Shown piece by piece: positions 59,295 to 64,000 of a stretch of 64,000 bases of DNA (its first letter is position 1; each line of letters begins with the position of its first letter). The translations under genes were made by a program, and so were the position numbers. Source of the stretch: an uncultured Muribaculaceae bacterium (GTDB lineage: Bacteria; Bacillota_I; Bacilli_A; RF39; UBA660); the NCBI GenBank assembly GCA_964629735.1, contig CAZVQX010000003.1, positions 6,387 through 70,386 of the forward strand, read 5' to 3'. Below the pieces are notes generated by a model. That model had not been told where the DNA came from and did no database searches. It saw nothing but the letters and a program-made list of their open reading frames with translations.

Positions 59295-59534
59295 GTAAAA
59301 GGTGGTATTTATCGCCATTTTAAAGGGAATTTATATAAAGTAATTGAAATTGCTTATGATACCGAGGAAACAGATCGAAAATTAGTAATTTATCAATCTT
59401 TATATGGTGATAAAATTGTATGGGCAAGAGATTATGAAATGTTTATATCGAGGGTTGATAATATTAAATATCCAGAGGTAACTCAAACTTACCGCTTTGA
59501 ACTAGTTGAACAAGGTGGTAATTTATTTGATTGA
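59274..59534 (+). CDS. DUF1653-like small protein
   Basis: GTG start after RBS AAGGAGG; [13 protein letters not shown]...VIYQ...W.R core. Confidence 0.5.
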   Translation: MVKLDEVVKGGIYRHFKGNLYKVIEIAYDTEETDRKLVIYQSLYGDKIVWARDYEMFISRVDNIKYPEVTQTYRFELVEQGGNLFD

Positions 59535-60261
59535 AAAAGTCGAAGGTATTATTATAAGTGAAATTAATTACAGTGAAACAAGTAAAATACTAAATGTTTT
59601 AACTAAAGAACATGGAATTATTGGTGTTATTTCTAAAGGTTGTCGTACTTTAAAAAGTGATCTTCGTAGTGTTAGCGAGAAATTAGTATATGGGAATTTT
59701 AATATTTATTATAAAAAGGACAAGCTATCAACATTAGTAAGTGTTGATGTTATTAATCCATTTAAACAAATAAAAAAAGATATAACTAAAATTAGTTATG
59801 CACTTTTTTTATTGGAATTAACAGAACAAGTATACAAGCAAAATAATAATGTTGAAATATATTATATATTGATAAATGGTTTAATAAAAATAGATGAAGG
59901 ATTAGATCCGTTAGTTATAACTAATATAATTGAGTTGAAATTTTTAGATTATTTAGGAGTTACTCCAGTTATGGATAGTTGTGCTAATTGTGGTAGCTTA
60001 GAATCAATAATATCTTTATCAGTTTTAAGAGGTGGTTATATTTGTAATAATTGTCGAACAACTGAAAGAATATTAGATAAAAAAACAATAAAAATGATTA
60101 GAATGTTTTATTACGTTGATATATCAAAAATATCACAAATTGATATAAGTGATGAAGTAAAAAAAGAAGTGAATAAATTTTTAAACGATTATTATGATGA
60201 GTATACCGGTCTATATTTGAAAAGTAAATCATTTTTAGATAATTTAATAAAAATAAATTAG
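59527..60261 (+). CDS. recO: DNA repair protein RecO
   Basis: Aligns with Bacillus RecO from [11 protein letters not shown]. Cys4 CANCGS...CNNC. TTG start after RBS AAGGTGG. Confidence 0.88.
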   Translation: MIEKVEGIIISEINYSETSKILNVLTKEHGIIGVISKGCRTLKSDLRSVSEKLVYGNFNIYYKKDKLSTLVSVDVINPFKQIKKDITKISYALFLLELTEQVYKQNNNVEIYYILINGLIKIDEGLDPLVITNIIELKFLDYLGVTPVMDSCANCGSLESIISLSVLRGGYICNNCRTTERILDKKTIKMIRMFYYVDISKISQIDISDEVKKEVNKFLNDYYDEYTGLYLKSKSFLDNLIKIN

Positions 60262-60270
60262 AGGTGATGT

Positions 60271-60711
60271 ATGCAAGAATATAAATATTTAATTGTTCCA
60301 ATAATAACGTTAGTAATTGCCCAATTAATAAAATTCGTTATTGAATCAATAATTAATAAAAGGTTTAATTGGGGGCGTTTAGTTAATGGTGCAGGTGGTA
60401 TGCCTAGTTCTCATAGTTCTTTTTCTTTTTCCTTAACAATGATGATTGGTTTAAATGAAGGTTTTAATACACCATTATTTGCAATCGCATTAGTCTTTTC
60501 ATTAATTGTTGCATATGATGCTATGGGATTAAGGATGGAAAGTGGTAAACATGCTCAGGCCTTAAATAGAATAGGAAATGAAATATTTTCTAAAAATTAT
60601 AAATCAGGTATTGCTAAATTAAAAGAAGAACTTGGTCATAATCCACTTGAAGTTTTAGGTGGTATTATATTAGCGATTATTGTATCCATAATTTTAAATA
60701 GATTAATATAA
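60271..60711 (+). CDS. Divergent PAP2-family (YuiD-like) membrane protein
   Basis: GGMPSSHS motif. Confidence 0.85.
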   Translation: MQEYKYLIVPIITLVIAQLIKFVIESIINKRFNWGRLVNGAGGMPSSHSSFSFSLTMMIGLNEGFNTPLFAIALVFSLIVAYDAMGLRMESGKHAQALNRIGNEIFSKNYKSGIAKLKEELGHNPLEVLGGIILAIIVSIILNRLI

Positions 60712-60713
60712 TA

Positions 60714-60740
60714 AGAGTTTAACAACTCTTTTTTTCATTG
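60714..60740 (+). terminator. Rho-independent terminator
   Basis: AGAGTT-TAAC-AACTCT followed by T7. Confidence 0.75.
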
Positions 60741-60823
60741 GATATTATGTAAATTATTGATTTAAAACGTGTCGTGTGATAATATATATATAATATTGCA
60801 GTTGGTAGTTGGAGGGTGTTTTA

Positions 60824-63800
60824 ATGGCTATGAATAAAAAAGGTTTTACACTAGTTGAATTGTTGGCAATAATAATAATTATTGGTATTATATTAATAAT
60901 TGCATTTCCATTAATTAATAATGTAATAGGAACAGTAAGAAAAAGAACATGTTTTTTAAACACTAAATCAATGGAAAAAGCAGCATTAAATTATGTTGTT
61001 TTTGAAAATAAAAAACTTCCAGAATCAAGTTCAATAAATATACCTTTACAAGAGTTAAGAAATAGAAGATATTTAACCCCTGTATTAGACCCAACCGATT
61101 TAAAAACAGAATGTGATGGATATGTAAAAATCACAGAAGATAATGGTGATTATAAAACAGAAGGACATTTAGTATGTCCAACTTATTGTAATGCCGAAGA
61201 ATTTGAAGATGATACCAAAGAGAAAAATGATGCTTATTATTTTGATGGTGCTGATCCAAATAACTGGGTTTTATTTGGACGTTTTGATCAATCATCAGTA
61301 TATGGCCTTTTATGGCGAATTGTCAAAACCGATGATGGTGGTCGCAAATTAGTATTTGAGGGATTAGAAAATGGAGGTAATAATCCGCTTGAAGATGGTC
61401 GAGCATCATTGGGTGGTACAACAGGAATTCCTTATGATGTATTAGGTAATAATAAATATAAGAAAAGCAGCTTAAATGAAGCTTTACAAACGTGGTTAAA
61501 TAATATATATGTAATTAATAAAGATAGATATATTAAAAAGACAAATTGGCGAATCGGTGGAATACCATTTAACAACCCGACTAGTTTAGATACTTTTATT
61601 GAATTAGAAGGAAAGGATACGGAAACAGAATTTGGTCAATTCGATGGTTTAAGTGACTTAAGTGGTGTCGGTTTATTAAACCCAAGTGATTATATGTTAA
61701 CGTCATCAAATCCGGGCTGTGTAAGTAGTTATCAATTAGGAGGTTCTTTTAATCCATGTATTTATACAGAGACGGAATTGAATAACTTTTTATATAAAGA
61801 TAAATATCATTATTGGACGATGAATGCAAGTAGTGACACCGGAAATAAAGCATGGTATATAAATAATATAGGCCATATAACAACAACTTTAGCTAATTCA
61901 TCAATTATATCAGTACGTCCAGTAATTAATCTTGAAAAAACCTTACCATTTTTAGCGGGAAGCGGAACGATAGATGATCCATATATATTAGAAGATTATA
62001 TGATAAATATTAAAAACGCACCGATAATTACATTAATAGGTGATGGATCTGTTGTTGTTCGAGAAGGTGATATGTATTACGAAGAAGGAGCAACAGCATA
62101 TGACCCAGAAGATGGAGATATAACAGATAAAATTCAAATAACAAGTAATGTTAATGTTAATATACCTGGAGAATATCAAGTAGAATATAATGTAATAGAT
62201 AGTGATGGTAATAAAGCCCCAACTGTTGTTCGTCATGTAATAGTTTCCAAAAAAGAAAATCCAGTAATTAAATTATTGGGAGGTAATCCACTTAAACTAA
62301 CTTTAAAACATGAATATGTTGAACCAGGTGCGACGGCTATTGATCCATATTATGGTGATATAAGTGATGATATAAAAATAACCGGCCAAGTAAACACCAA
62401 CGAATTAGGTGTATATGAGATAACTTATAACGTAACAAACAAAGATGGAAAAAAAGCTGTTACAGTCGTTAGAAAAGTAATAGTAGAACCGCCACGCCCA
62501 GTTATAACCTTAAATGGAGACAATCCGACAAATGTATATGTAGGTGGTATTTATACTGAATTAGGTGCCACCGCCATTGATGAGATTGATGGTGATTTAA
62601 CCAGCCAATTAAAGAAAACAATAAGAAAAATAGAAATTGGTAAATCGCCAAAAGTAGAAGTAAATGAAGTAGTAGTAGATAAAAAATATAGATATGAAAT
62701 AACATATAGTGTAACTAATAGTTTTGGTGTTACAACAAGTGAAATAAGACGTGTATATATATTACCAGATGATGGTCCTAAAATAGAGTTTGTACCGAAT
62801 GGTTCAAATATTTCAAAGCAAAAGCATGAAGTACAAATAAATGTAACGAAAACTAAATATGATATAGATAATGACAGTTTAAAATATATGTGGGTTTCAC
62901 AATATTGGAGATTGCCATATAAATCAACCTTAGAAGATGTAATAAGAACGAAATTTACTAATAATAGTACAGTAAGTAAGTTAGGGACAACTGGTTTATA
63001 TAGGTTATATGCGATAGCAAAAGATATATATGGAAATACCACAATAAAAGCAACTAGTTATTATCGAGTTGATAATTCGAAACCGCAATTATGGTTAAAT
63101 GGATCTAATCCTCAAAGAATATTAATAGGAACCCCATATGTTGAACAGGGTGCTAGAGCATACGATAAATATTATAGTGGTAATATAACTAATCGTATTA
63201 AAATTACTGGCGATATTGATATAAATAATCCAGGTAATTATAGCGTGTTTTATTCAGTAAGTGATGATGCAGGTAATACAACCACAAGAACTAGGAAAGT
63301 AATAGTATATTTATCCCAACCCAAAATAACTCTAAAAGGTTCCAAAACTGAGAAAGTAATATTAGGACAAGATTATGTAGAACCGGGTTATGTAGCAACT
63401 GATGAAAAAGATGGTAACATAACAAATAAAGTTGTGGTAAGTGGAACAGTAAACCGAGATAAGGTTGGAACATATCCAATAACATATACAGTAACAAATA
63501 GTTTAGGAGAAACCACGACGGTTACAAGAGATGTAATGGTATATATACCTGAACCAGTTATTACGATAACAGGTAGTAACCCTTTAAATCATAAAGTGCT
63601 AGAAGCATATACTGATTTAGGAGCCACCGCTTATGATTTAATAGATGGAGATTTAACATCACGAATTCAAGTAAGTAGTAATATAAATACAAAAATAAAA
63701 GGTAAATATGAAGTTACATATAAAGTTACCAATAATAATGGAAAAACAACAACGTCTAAACGAGTAGTGAATGTATATGCACCAAAACCAGTATTAAAAT

Positions 63801-64000
63801 TGAATGGTGATTCATTTATAAAAATGTTTATAAATGATATCTATGAAGAAAAAGGTGCAACAGCAATTGATGAAATAGATGGAGATATAACTAATGATAT
63901 TAAAATAATAGGCTCAGTTAATCCATCTAAGGTTGGAACATATCAATTAAAATATGAAGTAACAAATAGTTTTGGTGAAATAAGTTATAAAATAAGAACG
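60824..64000 (+). CDS. Giant type-IV-prepilin-headed surface protein with at least 9 tandem DUF5011-like Ig repeats (3' partial)
   Basis: RBS GGAGGG. N-terminus MAMNKKGFTLVELLAIIIIIGIILIIAF is a canonical prepilin motif with Gly-1, Phe+1 and Glu+5. A globular N-domain of about 350 aa follows, then repeats of the form PxITLxGxNP..V..G..Y.E.GATA.D..DGD(I/L)T..I...G.V(N/D)....G.Y.(I/L).Y.V.(D/N)..GN. No stop occurs before base 64000 (more than 1058 aa). Confidence 0.8.
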   Translation, partial: MAMNKKGFTLVELLAIIIIIGIILIIAFPLINNVIGTVRKRTCFLNTKSMEKAALNYVVFENKKLPESSSINIPLQELRNRRYLTPVLDPTDLKTECDGYVKITEDNGDYKTEGHLVCPTYCNAEEFEDDTKEKNDAYYFDGADPNNWVLFGRFDQSSVYGLLWRIVKTDDGGRKLVFEGLENGGNNPLEDGRASLGGTTGIPYDVLGNNKYKKSSLNEALQTWLNNIYVINKDRYIKKTNWRIGGIPFNNPTSLDTFIELEGKDTETEFGQFDGLSDLSGVGLLNPSDYMLTSSNPGCVSSYQLGGSFNPCIYTETELNNFLYKDKYHYWTMNASSDTGNKAWYINNIGHITTTLANSSIISVRPVINLEKTLPFLAGSGTIDDPYILEDYMINIKNAPIITLIGDGSVVVREGDMYYEEGATAYDPEDGDITDKIQITSNVNVNIPGEYQVEYNVIDSDGNKAPTVVRHVIVSKKENPVIKLLGGNPLKLTLKHEYVEPGATAIDPYYGDISDDIKITGQVNTNELGVYEITYNVTNKDGKKAVTVVRKVIVEPPRPVITLNGDNPTNVYVGGIYTELGATAIDEIDGDLTSQLKKTIRKIEIGKSPKVEVNEVVVDKKYRYEITYSVTNSFGVTTSEIRRVYILPDDGPKIEFVPNGSNISKQKHEVQINVTKTKYDIDNDSLKYMWVSQYWRLPYKSTLEDVIRTKFTNNSTVSKLGTTGLYRLYAIAKDIYGNTTIKATSYYRVDNSKPQLWLNGSNPQRILIGTPYVEQGARAYDKYYSGNITNRIKITGDIDINNPGNYSVFYSVSDDAGNTTTRTRKVIVYLSQPKITLKGSKTEKVILGQDYVEPGYVATDEKDGNITNKVVVSGTVNRDKVGTYPITYTVTNSLGETTTVTRDVMVYIPEPVITITGSNPLNHKVLEAYTDLGATAYDLIDGDLTSRIQVSSNINTKIKGKYEVTYKVTNNNGKTTTSKRVVNVYAPKPVLKLNGDSFIKMFINDIYEEKGATAIDEIDGDITNDIKIIGSVNPSKVGTYQLKYEVTNSFGEISYKIRT

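Noticed and set aside
60824-64000. Tandem repeats in the giant pilin gene as a CRISPR array or DNA satellite
   Set aside because: The repeats are ~225 nt protein-domain repeats with diverged nucleotide sequence and one continuous ORF. There are no short direct repeats with unique spacers and no cas genes.

Overview
This is a very AT-rich (~28% GC) Firmicute chromosomal window using the standard genetic code: TGA is a stop codon and prfB carries its canonical +1 frameshift at CUU UGA C. Gene order follows Bacillus-type housekeeping synteny (gpsB-rnpB, rodZ-like-pgsA-recA-rny, rpsT/gpr-spoIIP, prfB-ftsE-ftsX, pheST behind a Phe T-box, yqfC-yqfD ... ybeY-dgkA-cdd-era-recO). Alongside it are anaerobe functions (nrdDG, a complete rnf operon) and many sporulation genes (gpr, spoIIP, sspI-like, yunB-like, yqfCD, spoVE/ftsW-family), an architecture typical of Erysipelotrichia-like low-GC spore formers. 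I found no CRISPR array, rRNA, tRNA or obvious mobile element. The non-standard content is: (1) a family of type-IV-prepilin-headed proteins carrying tandem DUF5011-like Ig repeats, one of them over 1050 aa and running off the window; (2) an rnf operon with an RnfD-RnfG fusion, an RnfB cut down to its N-terminal domain, and two unannotated micro-ORFs; (3) MurT paired with a GatD homolog that contains no cysteine; (4) a membrane-tethered, cysteine-less EIIB(Glc)-like protein upstream of an orphan multi-TM histidine kinase; (5) a tail-anchored HExxH protein; (6) low-complexity candidate spore-coat proteins; and (7) SOS boxes and candidate NrdR operators. rnpB is present but was missed by the ORF track, which mis-starts the neighbouring CDS.
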